Shown: positions 1 to 9,777 of the stretch, in pieces | Position numbering within the stretch: position 1 is the stretch's first letter | How the letters are laid out: every line of letters begins with the position of its first letter | Assembly: GCA_044222475.1 (NCBI GenBank) | Contig: JBGANF010000003.1 | Span: 32,001 to 96,000, forward strand | DNA from: Polyangiaceae bacterium | Lineage (GTDB): Bacteria > Myxococcota_A > Polyangia > Polyangiales > Polyangiaceae | DNA: 64,000 nucleotides | Direction: 5' to 3' | Program-made: the position numbers and the translations under genes | The notes under the pieces: generated by a model | Databases searched by the model: none | What the model was told of the DNA's origin: nothing | What the model saw: the letters and a program-made list of their open reading frames with translations, nothing else

Positions 1-888
1 CACCAGGGCGCGGCGATGCTCGCCGGCTGGAACAAAGGCGCGATGGACGGCTTCGTGAAGAGCGCGGCCGTGTCGGGGAGCGACGGTCGGTACGTGATGG
101 GCCACTACGACGAAGGCGACCTGCCCTTCTACTACTTCCTCGCGAGGACGTTCGCGACGAGCGACCGCTACTTCAGCTCCGCGCTGGCGGGAACTTGGGC
201 CAACCGCGACTACCTCTACGCCGGCACGTCCGACGGCATCACCGACACGGGCGCCGGCGTGCTCACCAAGCCGACGATCTTCGAAGCGCTCGACGGAGCG
301 CAGGTGAGCTGGGGCGTCTACACCGACGGAAATCCGCGCCAAGACAGCCTGGGATGGACCAAGTTCCACGCTGGGGTGCACGGCTTCCAGGCGTTCCTCG
401 ACGCCCTCGCCGACGGCTCGTTGCCTGCCGTCTCGTTCGTCGATCCCGGAGGCTCGCAGGACGAGCACCCGCCCGGCGACGTGCGCGGCGGCGAGGTCTG
501 GGGGCGGCGCATCGTCGAGGCCGCAACGACGAGCGCGCTCTGGAAGGAGCTCGCGCTCTTCTACACGTACGACGAAGCCGGCGGACTCGCGGACCACGTG
601 CCTCCGCCCGCCGCGTGTCTCGCCGCGCCCGACCAGACGCGGTTCGATCACTTGGGCATCCGTGTCCCGCTCTACCTGGTGTCGCCGTGGGCGCGCATGG
701 GCTTCGTCTCGCGCGTGAACCACGACCACACCTCGATCCTCCGCTTCATCGAGATGCTGTTCGATCTTCCCGCGCTCACCGGTCGCGACGCGAACGCCGA
801 CGCGATGCTCGACCTGTTCGACTTCAAGTGCGGTCGCGACATGACGCCACCGGTGCTTCCGGCCGCAGGTGCCGGTCACTGCCCTTGA
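1..888 (+). CDS. Phospholipase C / phosphoesterase family protein (5' end outside window)
   Basis: Frame open from base 1. Motifs MDGF, SDRYFSS, TWANR, DEHPP, TYDEAGGLADHVPPP, LGIRVP and HDHTSILRFIE are typical of the phosphoesterase family. Confidence 0.85.
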   Translation, partial: HQGAAMLAGWNKGAMDGFVKSAAVSGSDGRYVMGHYDEGDLPFYYFLARTFATSDRYFSSALAGTWANRDYLYAGTSDGITDTGAGVLTKPTIFEALDGAQVSWGVYTDGNPRQDSLGWTKFHAGVHGFQAFLDALADGSLPAVSFVDPGGSQDEHPPGDVRGGEVWGRRIVEAATTSALWKELALFYTYDEAGGLADHVPPPAACLAAPDQTRFDHLGIRVPLYLVSPWARMGFVSRVNHDHTSILRFIEMLFDLPALTGRDANADAMLDLFDFKCGRDMTPPVLPAAGAGHCP

Positions 889-891
889 GCG

Positions 892-2280
892 TCACTTCGG
901 CGGAGGCGGCCGCATCGACGCTTTCCGTGCCGGCATGACGATCGCGACCTCCGTTCCGCGACCGACCTCACTCTTGATCTCGACGTGACCGCCGACCGCG
1001 GTCACGAGCCCGTAGACCGCCGAGAGCCCGAGCCCGCTCTTCTGCGCGCTCTTCACGTTGCCCGCGCCGCGCGAGTAGAACGGATCGAAGACGCGCGAGA
1101 TCTGATCCGCCGGGATCCCCGCCCCCTGGTCCGCGACCGAGAGCACGACGCGATCGCCCTCGGCGCGCACCGTCGCTTCGATCGTTCCGCCGCTCGGCAT
1201 CGCTTCGATCGCGTTGCGCGCGACCTGGAAGAGCGCCTCGGCCAGGGCCGACACGTGCACCTCGATCGCGCCGATGTTCGCGTCGTAGTGGCGCTCGACG
1301 ACGACGCCGGAGCGCGCGCGGCCGATCGCGCTCTCCAGCGCGAAATCCAGCATCGCCGCGACGTCGGCGGGCTCGAGGACTCCTTCGGCGGCCATCGCGA
1401 AGCGGCGCAGTCGATCGACGGTTCTCTTGATGCGCGCGAGGCCGCCGTCGCTCCGAGTCAACGCGCCGCGCGCGAGCGCCACGTCGCGGTCGAGATCGCG
1501 CGCCACCTGCGCGTTCGACGCGATGCTGATCGCGAGCGCGTTGTTGAGCTCGTGCGCCATTCCACCGACGAGGACGCGCAGCGCTTCGAGCTTCTCGACG
1601 ATGACGAGCTGCTCTTGGAGCCGGCGCAGACGTTGGACCGCCGCGGCGAGCCGCTCGACGCGGAGGAACGTCGCCAGGGTGCGCTCGCTCCGACGCTTCG
1701 CGAGAACGACGACCGCGATGCCGACCGACACCGTGACGAGGTGCACCGGCGGCGGCGCGGAAGGACCCGCCACGAGGAGCGCGAGGTACGAGCCGGCCGC
1801 GCTGGCGGCGGCGACCGGAACCGGTGACGGCACGAGGACACCGAAGAAGATCGCGAGCAGCGGGAGGAGGAACACGTACGGGCTCGCCGCGCCGCCGGTC
1901 GCCCGGCAGGCGATGCCGTACCCGAACAGGCACATCGAGACCGCGACTCCGTGGAGCCACGCGAGGGCGACGTTGCTCGTCATGCGCGGCGCGACCGCCG
2001 CGGTGACGGCGGCGACGAGCACGACGACGACCTCGGCTGCGGTCGCCGCCGGCTCCGGCGGAAAATACGAGAGGAACCGATCGCAGAGCGCGAGCAGGAG
2101 CGTCGTCAAGGCGAGCCCGGCGTAGGCGAGCGTCATCGCGCGCGCGAGCTCGTGGCGGCGCTCGGAGAGGTAGCGCTTCCGCGGCCGCCCCGAGCGGCGG
2201 GCCTGTGCATCGTATCGCGTGGCGCGGTCGCGCAGCTCCGCGGGGGGCGGCAGGGAGAACGTCTTTTTCTCGCCGCTCAT
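892..2280 (-). CDS. Membrane sensor histidine kinase
   Basis: Several TM helices, coiled coil, H-box GMAHELNN, N-box ARNAIEAM, G1 DQGAGI, F-box FDPFYS, G2 GLGL. Start may be 2301. Confidence 0.9.
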   Translation of the reverse strand: MSGEKKTFSLPPPAELRDRATRYDAQARRSGRPRKRYLSERRHELARAMTLAYAGLALTTLLLALCDRFLSYFPPEPAATAAEVVVVLVAAVTAAVAPRMTSNVALAWLHGVAVSMCLFGYGIACRATGGAASPYVFLLPLLAIFFGVLVPSPVPVAAASAAGSYLALLVAGPSAPPPVHLVTVSVGIAVVVLAKRRSERTLATFLRVERLAAAVQRLRRLQEQLVIVEKLEALRVLVGGMAHELNNALAISIASNAQVARDLDRDVALARGALTRSDGGLARIKRTVDRLRRFAMAAEGVLEPADVAAMLDFALESAIGRARSGVVVERHYDANIGAIEVHVSALAEALFQVARNAIEAMPSGGTIEATVRAEGDRVVLSVADQGAGIPADQISRVFDPFYSRGAGNVKSAQKSGLGLSAVYGLVTAVGGHVEIKSEVGRGTEVAIVMPARKASMRPPPPK

Positions 2281-2313
2281 CGTGCGCGAGCATACTGCCA
2301 CATCCGCGGCGCG

Positions 2314-3201
2314 TCAGAACGGAAGCTGGAGCGCGACGCTGCCGCCGCCGAACGCGAGCGCCGGCGCCGGTCGCTGCGGCTTCGGTGCCACGAAGAGCAC
2401 GACGATGCCGGCCGCCGCGAGGACGACGCCACCGATCAAGGTCACGTCAGCAAGGGTGCGGAACGTCGTCCCAGTGCTCTTGGCGGTCGGGTCTTGATAC
2501 CGAGCCTCGCCCACGGTGTTGTACTGGTGCGAGAGATCGAGCGCGCGCACGCCGGCGAAGATGCCGATGCCGAGCGAGACGGCCCCCGCCCCGACGAGCG
2601 AGAAGCCGATGATCTGCGCCGCCGTCGGGCCACCCGCCGGCGGGGGCTCGTCGAGCGCGACGAGCGAGATCGCGGCATCCGTCCCCTGCAACGTCACCGG
2701 GACGGTCTGCTCCTGCGCGACGTGACCGGCAGCCTCGGCGTGGACGCGATGCTCACCCAAGACCGCCCGCACCTCGGCCTTGCCGTCGGCGATGGCGACC
2801 GGCTCGCCGTCGACCGTCACGCGCGCGGAGGTCGGCGTGACGCGAACGTGCATCGTACCAAGATGGGACTTCACTTCGGCGAGCGTGCGTCGAGCCGTCT
2901 CCACCTCGTCGGCGGCTGCCCCTTCGTCCTGCGTGAGGAAGGCGACGAGCGCCTTCTCGGCGAGCACCCACGCCTCGGTCCGAGCCCGGGCGAGCCCGAG
3001 GTCGAGGAGGATGCTCGGGTGGGGGTACAGCGCATATGCCCGCTCGAGCTCGGTCCGCGCCGTGGCCCAATCCTGCTTCTCGATGGCGGCCACGCCGCGC
3101 CGAAACGCGGCGCGCGAGTCCTCGCGTGGGTCGTCGGCGCGCGCCTGGCTCGTGATCACGAGCGCGGCGACGAGACCGATGGCGAGCGCGCGGAAGCGCA
3201 T
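2314..3201 (-). CDS. Secreted TPR + PEGA domain protein with C-terminal hydrophobic hairpin
   Basis: Signal peptide MRFRALAIG..ARA, TPR-like helices (AFRRGVAAIEKQDWATA..AYALYPHP), PEGA motif ARVTVDG, two Gly-rich hydrophobic helices, ends VALQLPF. Confidence 0.8.
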   Translation of the reverse strand: MRFRALAIGLVAALVITSQARADDPREDSRAAFRRGVAAIEKQDWATARTELERAYALYPHPSILLDLGLARARTEAWVLAEKALVAFLTQDEGAAADEVETARRTLAEVKSHLGTMHVRVTPTSARVTVDGEPVAIADGKAEVRAVLGEHRVHAEAAGHVAQEQTVPVTLQGTDAAISLVALDEPPPAGGPTAAQIIGFSLVGAGAVSLGIGIFAGVRALDLSHQYNTVGEARYQDPTAKSTGTTFRTLADVTLIGGVVLAAAGIVVLFVAPKPQRPAPALAFGGGSVALQLPF

Positions 3202-3229
3202 CGTCACCACCGATAGCACACCCCGCCCG

Positions 3230-4603
3230 TCAGTAGCGCGGCTGGGTCGTGATGTGGGTCGCGCTCGGCTGGGGCTTCTTGATCGAAGCCGCACCGGCCG
3301 TGCCGCCTGCCCCGCCGGTCGGGCGCCGAATCGTGCCGACGCCCGTGAGGTGCGGCTTCGGGCGAGCCCCGGCGTCGACGGGATCGTCCATGTCGACCGG
3401 GACGACGACCTCCGCGCTCGACGGCGGCGGATCGGTCGCGACCGAGGTCGGCGGGATGGTCGCCGTCGGCGGCGACGTGACGGCGCCGACGACCTCGGGC
3501 GGGGGACGAGCCGGTGGCGAGATCACGTCGCGAAGGAGGACCAGCAGGACGAGCACCGCGATCGCACCCGTGATCGCCGCCACCGCGACGCCGGCCTTGG
3601 ATCCGAGCGACGGAGTGCGCGCTTGCGACACGGCGGTGAGCACGGTCTCGGAGGGGAGCGCATTTCCGCCGGTCGGCATCGGCATGATCGCGCGCGGCGG
3701 CTCGGTCGCGGGGCCGAGGAGGCGCACCGCCCGGAGCATCTCCATGGCGGACGAGAACCGGTCCTCCGGTTTGCGCGCGAGCCCCTTCGCGAGGAGCGCG
3801 TCGAGCTTCTCGGGCACGACGACCTGCGCGAAATCGCGAAGCCGCTTCGGCTTCGCTTCGAGCTTCTCGGCGAGGATCGCCATCTGCGTCGTCGCCTCGA
3901 ACGGGAGCCGACCGCAGAGCGCCTCGAACACGATCAACGCGACGGAGTAGAGGTCGGCGCGACCGTCGACGTTCGAGGCGCCCCGGATCTGCTCCGGCGC
4001 CATGTACGTCACGGTGCCCACGGACTCGCCGGTGACGGTGAGCTTCTCGCCGTCGGTCGCGTCGAGCTTGCAGACGCCGAAATCGAGGATGAACGCGCGC
4101 TGAGGCGGCGGCCCGGAGTGCGCGAGCGGGTGGAGCGAGCTCTGCGGGATCGTGGGCGCGTCCATCGCTTCGAGGAACACGTTTCCCGGCTTGAGGTCTC
4201 GATGGACGACGCCCGCGGCGTGCGCGTCGGCGAGACCTTGGAGGACGTCTTCGACGATCGGGCGCAGCTCGGCCCAACCCAGCACCCCGCTCTCGCGAAT
4301 GCGCTGCGACAGCGAGATGCCGTGGAGCAAGCGCATGACGAGGTAGAGCTCGCCCTCTTCGGTGCGGTCGACGTCGTACACCTCCGGGACGTACGTGCTC
4401 TTGACGCGGCGGGCCGCGATCGCCTCGCGCTCGAGGCGCGCCATGAGCGTGTCGTCGACCACGCGCCGGCTGACGACCTTGATCGCGACCTCGGCCCCGT
4501 CGGCGAGGCGGCGCGCGGCGAAGACTTCGCCCATGCCGCCGCGTCCGATGCTCGACGCGATGCGGTACTTGCCGCCGACGATGGATCCGGTCTCGATGGG
4601 CAC
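3230..4603 (-). CDS. Membrane Ser/Thr protein kinase
   Basis: GRGGMGEV, VAIK, HRDLKPGN, DFG, YMAPE; one TM helix followed by a Pro/Thr-rich tail. Confidence 0.95.
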   Translation of the reverse strand: MPIETGSIVGGKYRIASSIGRGGMGEVFAARRLADGAEVAIKVVSRRVVDDTLMARLEREAIAARRVKSTYVPEVYDVDRTEEGELYLVMRLLHGISLSQRIRESGVLGWAELRPIVEDVLQGLADAHAAGVVHRDLKPGNVFLEAMDAPTIPQSSLHPLAHSGPPPQRAFILDFGVCKLDATDGEKLTVTGESVGTVTYMAPEQIRGASNVDGRADLYSVALIVFEALCGRLPFEATTQMAILAEKLEAKPKRLRDFAQVVVPEKLDALLAKGLARKPEDRFSSAMEMLRAVRLLGPATEPPRAIMPMPTGGNALPSETVLTAVSQARTPSLGSKAGVAVAAITGAIAVLVLLVLLRDVISPPARPPPEVVGAVTSPPTATIPPTSVATDPPPSSAEVVVPVDMDDPVDAGARPKPHLTGVGTIRRPTGGAGGTAGAASIKKPQPSATHITTQPRY

Positions 4604-4646
4604 TTCTACGAGCGAATCGTAGCGCGAATCCGAGCGCGCGAGAAAA

Positions 4647-6311
4647 TCAGGCGCGGAGCTCGTTCTTGAGGACTTTTCCGGTCGGGTTTCGCGGGAGCTT
4701 GTCGATGAGGGCGTACTCGCGTGGGATCTTCGGCCCCGCGAGGCGCTCGCGCAGGAAGGTCTTGAGCTCGTCGAGGTCGAGCTTCTCGCCCGGCATGGTG
4801 ACGACGAACGCCTTCACCTTCTCGCCCCACTCGGCATCGGGGACGCCGATGACCGCGGCCTCGAAGATCTTCGGGTGCTCCTCGAGCGCGGCTTCGACCT
4901 CGGCGGGGTAGACGTTCACGCCGCCGGAGATCACCATGTCGCGCTTGCGGCCCTCGATGAAGTAGCGGCCGTTCTCGTCGACGCGGGCGAGATCGCCGAC
5001 GCTGAAGAACCCCTCGCGCATGCTGTCGTTCGTGGCGTCGTCGTTCTTGTGGTAGCCGGCCACGAGCTGGCCGTTCTTGACGTAGAGCTCACCGATGCCG
5101 CCGGCCGGGACCTCGCGCCCGTCGTCGTCGAGGAGGCGGATCGCGTTGCCCGGCAGCGCCTTGCCGATCGTGCCGGGGGCGGCGCGGAGATCGGCGGGCT
5201 TGCCCAGCGTGACGACGCCGGTCTCGGTCGCGCCGTAGAAGTTGTAGACGATGTCGCCGAGGAGATTCATCGCGTCGTTGGCGAGCTGACCGGTGAGCGC
5301 CGCGCCTCCGCAGAAGATGGCCCGGAGCGAGCGCGTTCGATAGCGGGCCATGACGGCGCGATCGACCGAGACGATCCGCTGGAGCATCGTCGGCACGAGC
5401 GCGGTGGTGGTGACGCGGTGGCGCTCGACGAGCTCGAAGAACACCTCGGGTTTGAACTCGTCGGCGATGACGGCGGTCGCTCCGACGAGGTGAGTGAACG
5501 TGATGAAGCCGTACGCCGTCATGTGATAGAGCGGACACACGACGAGGTGAACGTCGCTCGTGTGGAGCGGCGTCTCGGAGATGAACTCGAGCGCCGAGAC
5601 GAAGGTGTCTCGGGGAAAACGTCGCACGGCGCCTTTGGGCTTCCCGGTCGTGCCGGACGTGTAGGTCACGACCGCTGCGGCCTCGTCGTCGCCTTCGAGC
5701 GTGGCCGGTGGAGCGTGGAGCACGTCCTCGTAGTAGGTCGTGCCGGGGACTTTCTCGCCGACCGCGACGAGGCGCTCGCGCGGGAAACCGACGAGCTTCG
5801 CGGCTTCGTCGATCGTCGGGAAGAGATCGTGCTCGAACACGACGAAGCGGGCCCCGCTGTTCTCCATGAGGAACGCGAGCTCCTTGGCGGTCGATCGGTA
5901 CGACACGGCCACGGACGCGCAGCCGACGCGCTGGAGGCCGGCCGACACCTCGACGAACTCGGGTCGGTTGCGGAGGACGACGAGGACGCTCTCCTTGCGG
6001 ACGAGGCCGCGCCGCCGAAGACCCTCGCCGAAGCGCGCGAGGCGGTTCTCGAGCTCGCCGAACGTCAAGACGCGGCCGCGGTGGATCAACGCCGGGTGGT
6101 CGGGGCGGTTGGCGCCGTGAATGGCGTAGATCGAGGACGGGTTCTGGTGCTCGCGACCGAAGACCTTGATCATCTGGCGAAGGCCCGGACGCTGGAGCTC
6201 CCAGACGAGCCCGCTCGACGTTCCCATCTTCGTGGCCGCCCGAACCCGCCGAGGAAGGTCCGCGAGGCGTTGGCGGAGCGCGGTGTAGCGAGAGGGGGCG
6301 GGCGCGGTCAT
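4647..6311 (-). CDS. Acyl-CoA synthetase / AMP-binding protein
   Basis: YTSGTTGKPKG, YGATE, GD, GRKRDMVISGGVNVYPAEVE, PRNPTGK. Start taken at MTAPAP. Confidence 0.92.
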   Translation of the reverse strand: MTAPAPSRYTALRQRLADLPRRVRAATKMGTSSGLVWELQRPGLRQMIKVFGREHQNPSSIYAIHGANRPDHPALIHRGRVLTFGELENRLARFGEGLRRRGLVRKESVLVVLRNRPEFVEVSAGLQRVGCASVAVSYRSTAKELAFLMENSGARFVVFEHDLFPTIDEAAKLVGFPRERLVAVGEKVPGTTYYEDVLHAPPATLEGDDEAAAVVTYTSGTTGKPKGAVRRFPRDTFVSALEFISETPLHTSDVHLVVCPLYHMTAYGFITFTHLVGATAVIADEFKPEVFFELVERHRVTTTALVPTMLQRIVSVDRAVMARYRTRSLRAIFCGGAALTGQLANDAMNLLGDIVYNFYGATETGVVTLGKPADLRAAPGTIGKALPGNAIRLLDDDGREVPAGGIGELYVKNGQLVAGYHKNDDATNDSMREGFFSVGDLARVDENGRYFIEGRKRDMVISGGVNVYPAEVEAALEEHPKIFEAAVIGVPDAEWGEKVKAFVVTMPGEKLDLDELKTFLRERLAGPKIPREYALIDKLPRNPTGKVLKNELRA

Positions 6312-6359
6312 GGCCAGAAAATAGCTAAGGAATGAACGCCGGTGGTAGCATCTTCGGCG

Positions 6360-6776
6360 ATGGCGGAAGAAAACGTGACCGACAAGCGAGACGACGATCG
6401 CGCGGCGATCACGCTGAAGGTCGACTACAAACGGCTGAACACCTTCTTCGCCGACTACACGAAGAACATCTCCAAGGGCGGGACGTTCATTCGGACGAGC
6501 AAGCCGCTCGACGTCGGGACCGAGTTCATGTTCGTGCTCTCGCTGCCGTCGCAGAACGAGCAGCTCACGCTGCGAGGCAAGGTCGTGTGGGTCACCACCG
6601 AGGCCGAAGCGAACGAGGACGCCGGGAAGCCGCCGGGGATGGGCATTCGGTTCCTGTTCAGCAACGACTCCGAGCGGGACACGATCCACGACTTCGTGGA
6701 GAGACTGATGGCGGAGGCTCTCGGCGAGCACATCTCGCAGAAGCTCCTGGCGAAGAAGCCGAGCGAAGAGAACTAG
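6360..6776 (+). CDS. Myxobacterial PilZ-domain protein (TIGR02266-like)
   Basis: RxxxR motif (KRDDDR), NISKGGTFI, PGMGIRF. Confidence 0.88.
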   Translation: MAEENVTDKRDDDRAAITLKVDYKRLNTFFADYTKNISKGGTFIRTSKPLDVGTEFMFVLSLPSQNEQLTLRGKVVWVTTEAEANEDAGKPPGMGIRFLFSNDSERDTIHDFVERLMAEALGEHISQKLLAKKPSEEN

Positions 6777-6780
6777 CGGA

Positions 6781-6818
6781 CCCGCTCCCCCTCCCGCTCC
6801 CGCTCCCCCTCCCGCTCC
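6781..6818. repeat. Hexamer tandem repeat (CCCSCT)x6 between convergent genes
   Basis: cccgct ccccct cccgct cccgct ccccct cccgct read directly. Confidence 0.85.
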
Positions 6819-6827
6819 GCAGACCCC

Positions 6828-7796
6828 CTAGGCGCTGAGGGCGAGCATTCGATCGATCGGGAGGCGGGCCTTTTCGCGCAGGACCGGATCCATCTCCAAC
6901 CGCGGCGAGAGATCTCGCAGCGACAGGTACACCTTCTCCAGCGTGTTCCTCTTCATGTGCGGACACTCGTTGCACGCGCAGTTCGCCTCCGGCGGCGCCG
7001 GATGGAAGGTCTTCTCCGGCGCGGCCTTCTGCATCTGATGCAGGATCCCCGCCTCGGTCGCCACGATGAACTCCTTCTTCGGGCTCGACACCGCGTACTT
7101 CAGGATCCCCGTCGTCGATCCGATGTAGTCCGCCATCTTCAGGATGACGTCCTCGCACTCGGGGTGGGCGAGGAGCTCCGCGCCCGGGTAGCGCGTCTTC
7201 AGCGCGACGATCTTCCGCTCGGAGAACGTCTCGTGAACGATGCAGCTCCCCGGCCACAGCTCCATCTTGCGTCCGATCTTCTTCACCAACCACGCGCCGA
7301 GGTTCTTGTCGGGCGCGAAGAGCACCGGCTTGTCCTCCGGGATCGAGCGGACGATCTTCTCCGCGTTCGACGACGTCACGATGTAGTCGCTCAGGGCCTT
7401 CACCTCGGCCGAGCAGTTGATGTAGCTCACGACGACGGCGCCGGGGTGGCGCGCGATCCACGCGGCGAACTTGTCGGGCGGGCAGCCGTCGGCGAGGGAG
7501 CAGCCGGCTTCCAGGTCCGGCAGCACGACGATCCGGTTCGGGTTCAGGATCTTCGCCGTCTCGGCCATGAAGTGGACGCCAGCGAAGCAGATCACGTCGG
7601 CGTTCGTCTTCGCCGCGGCTTGGGCGAGCTGAAGCGAGTCTCCGATCACGTCGGCGACGTCCTGGATCTCCCCCTCTTGGTAGTAGTGCGCGAGGAGCAC
7701 CGCGTTGCGCGACTTCTTGAGCTTCCGGATCTCGTCCTCGAGGTCGAGCGACGGATCGATGGGAGCAGCCTGACCTGCGATGGGTAGCGAGGGCAT
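6828..7796 (-). CDS. nadA: Quinolinate synthase
   Basis: [51 protein letters not shown]. Confidence 0.97.
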   Translation of the reverse strand: MPSLPIAGQAAPIDPSLDLEDEIRKLKKSRNAVLLAHYYQEGEIQDVADVIGDSLQLAQAAAKTNADVICFAGVHFMAETAKILNPNRIVVLPDLEAGCSLADGCPPDKFAAWIARHPGAVVVSYINCSAEVKALSDYIVTSSNAEKIVRSIPEDKPVLFAPDKNLGAWLVKKIGRKMELWPGSCIVHETFSERKIVALKTRYPGAELLAHPECEDVILKMADYIGSTTGILKYAVSSPKKEFIVATEAGILHQMQKAAPEKTFHPAPPEANCACNECPHMKRNTLEKVYLSLRDLSPRLEMDPVLREKARLPIDRMLALSA

Positions 7797-7881
7797 GCCG
7801 GGAACGTAGGCTCGAAGTGGCGAAGCCTCAAGGGCGGGCGCGGGAGTGGCTCGAAGCGCCGCGCGGTACTAGCATGCGCCC

Positions 7882-9777
7882 ATGCGCTCTTTGCTTCGCC
7901 ACCTCGGGCCGGTGGTCGCCCTGGTCGGCATCTTCGTCGCGTGCGGCTCGCGCACTGGGCTCCTCTACGACGAGATCCCGATCGTCGACGCGTCGATCGA
8001 TCGCGACGCCACCGTCGACGTCCTCGGAGACGGCCCCATCAAAGAGGGCGGCAAGCTCGACGTCACCGTCGACTGCCCCGACCCGCCCTACTGCGATCCG
8101 AAGGATCCCGGGTTCGTCTACCAGTGCGGCGCCCGCATCATCGAGTGCAGCTCGCTCGAGCAATGCTTCCAAGGCAAGTGCCGGAACCCGTGCGTCGACA
8201 CGCTCGGCCAAGACACGTCGAACGGGTGCGAGTTCTACGCCGCCGAGATGGACCTCACCGACGAGGCGGCTGGCGTCTGTTACGCCGTCTTCATCGTCAA
8301 CCAGTGGGAGACCGGCGAGCCCGCGCGCATCCAGGTCGACCGCGACGGCGTCACGCTTCCGATCGAGCAGTTCGCCCGCATCCCGCAAGGCACCGGGACG
8401 TCGATCACGTACGCGCCGTACAACGCGCAGGCCGGGCTCGCGAAGGATCAGATCGCGGTGTTGTTCCTGTCGCGCGATCCGGCCGCCGCCAACGATCCCA
8501 CGCCCACGAGTCCTCGCCGTCTCGCGAGCTGCCCGCCCGGCGTCACACCGGCGGTGGCGGCGGATGCCGCGCTCCACGGCACCGGCAAGGGCAAGGCGTT
8601 CCACATCAAGACCAACGTCCCGGTCGTCGCCTACAACATGCTCCCGTACGGCGCCGGTCGCGCGCGCGTCACCGGATCGACGCTCCTTCTCCCGACGAAC
8701 GTCTGGGGCGACAACTACGTCGCCGCGAACGCCTACAAAGCGCCGACGCTCTTCAGCCAGCCGCGCGCCGGGCCGACGATGATGATCCTCGCGCAGTCGG
8801 ACGCCACCACCGTCCGCATCAAGCCGACTGCCGCGATCCTCGCGGGCGGCGGGCTCGCCGGAACCGCAGCGAACACCACCGGCACGTACACGTTGAACAA
8901 GGGTGAGTACCTCCAGTTCACGCAGGTGAACGAGCTCACCGGCAGCCCCATCCAGTCGTCGGCACCGATCGCCGTCATCGGCGGCGCGACGCTGTACGAC
9001 GTTCCCACCAGCATCATTCGCGCCGACAGCGGCCACCAGATGCTGCCGCCCATCCGCGCGCTCGGCAGCGAGTACGTGGGCGTGCGCTATCGGAGCCGCG
9101 GCATCGGCGAAGAGTCGGTGCCGTGGCGCATCGTCGGTGTCGTCGCCGGAACGCAGCTCACGTGGGAGCCCTCGACGCCGCCCGGCGCCCCCACGACCCT
9201 CGGCGCCGGACAGCTCGTCGAGTGGACCTCGCCCGGCGAGTTCGTCGTCCGCAGTCAGGACAGCCAGCACCCCTTCTACCTCGCGCAGTACATGAGCGGT
9301 GGTCAGAGCTTCGACGGCGCCGGCGACCCCGAGTTCGTCAACGCGCCGACGCCCGCGCAGTACCTCCCGCGCTACACGTTCTTCACCGATCCCACCTACC
9401 CCGAGACGAACGTCGTGATCGTTCGCCAGAAGGACTCTCAGTCGAACCAGTTCCCCGACGTCGTCCTGGATTGCGCCGGGCTGTTGGGCGGCTGGAAGAA
9501 CCTCGGGACGCAGGGGAAGTACCAGTTCACGCGCGTCGATCTCTCGACTGGGAACTTCCAGGGCATCGGCTCGTGCAACAACGGGGTTCATACCATCGTG
9601 GGACAACTCGCGCAGGGCACGCCGCGCTTCGGCGTGACGGTCTGGGGCTGGGGCAACGGCATCACCTGGCCCGGCCCCGAAGAGGACAACCCGAAGTTCA
9701 CTCGCTGGGTCAGCTACGGCTACCCCGCGGGTGCCAACATCACGACGCTGAACAGCGTGGTGTTCCCGGCGCAATGA
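7882..9777 (+). CDS. Lipoprotein with IgGFc-binding-like domain
   Basis: Lipobox FVAC, Cys-rich N-terminal region, GCEFYA, LLLPTNVWGDNY, QMLPPIRALGSEY, GDP..PAQYL, SYGYPAG. Confidence 0.8.
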   Translation: MRSLLRHLGPVVALVGIFVACGSRTGLLYDEIPIVDASIDRDATVDVLGDGPIKEGGKLDVTVDCPDPPYCDPKDPGFVYQCGARIIECSSLEQCFQGKCRNPCVDTLGQDTSNGCEFYAAEMDLTDEAAGVCYAVFIVNQWETGEPARIQVDRDGVTLPIEQFARIPQGTGTSITYAPYNAQAGLAKDQIAVLFLSRDPAAANDPTPTSPRRLASCPPGVTPAVAADAALHGTGKGKAFHIKTNVPVVAYNMLPYGAGRARVTGSTLLLPTNVWGDNYVAANAYKAPTLFSQPRAGPTMMILAQSDATTVRIKPTAAILAGGGLAGTAANTTGTYTLNKGEYLQFTQVNELTGSPIQSSAPIAVIGGATLYDVPTSIIRADSGHQMLPPIRALGSEYVGVRYRSRGIGEESVPWRIVGVVAGTQLTWEPSTPPGAPTTLGAGQLVEWTSPGEFVVRSQDSQHPFYLAQYMSGGQSFDGAGDPEFVNAPTPAQYLPRYTFFTDPTYPETNVVIVRQKDSQSNQFPDVVLDCAGLLGGWKNLGTQGKYQFTRVDLSTGNFQGIGSCNNGVHTIVGQLAQGTPRFGVTVWGWGNGITWPGPEEDNPKFTRWVSYGYPAGANITTLNSVVFPAQ

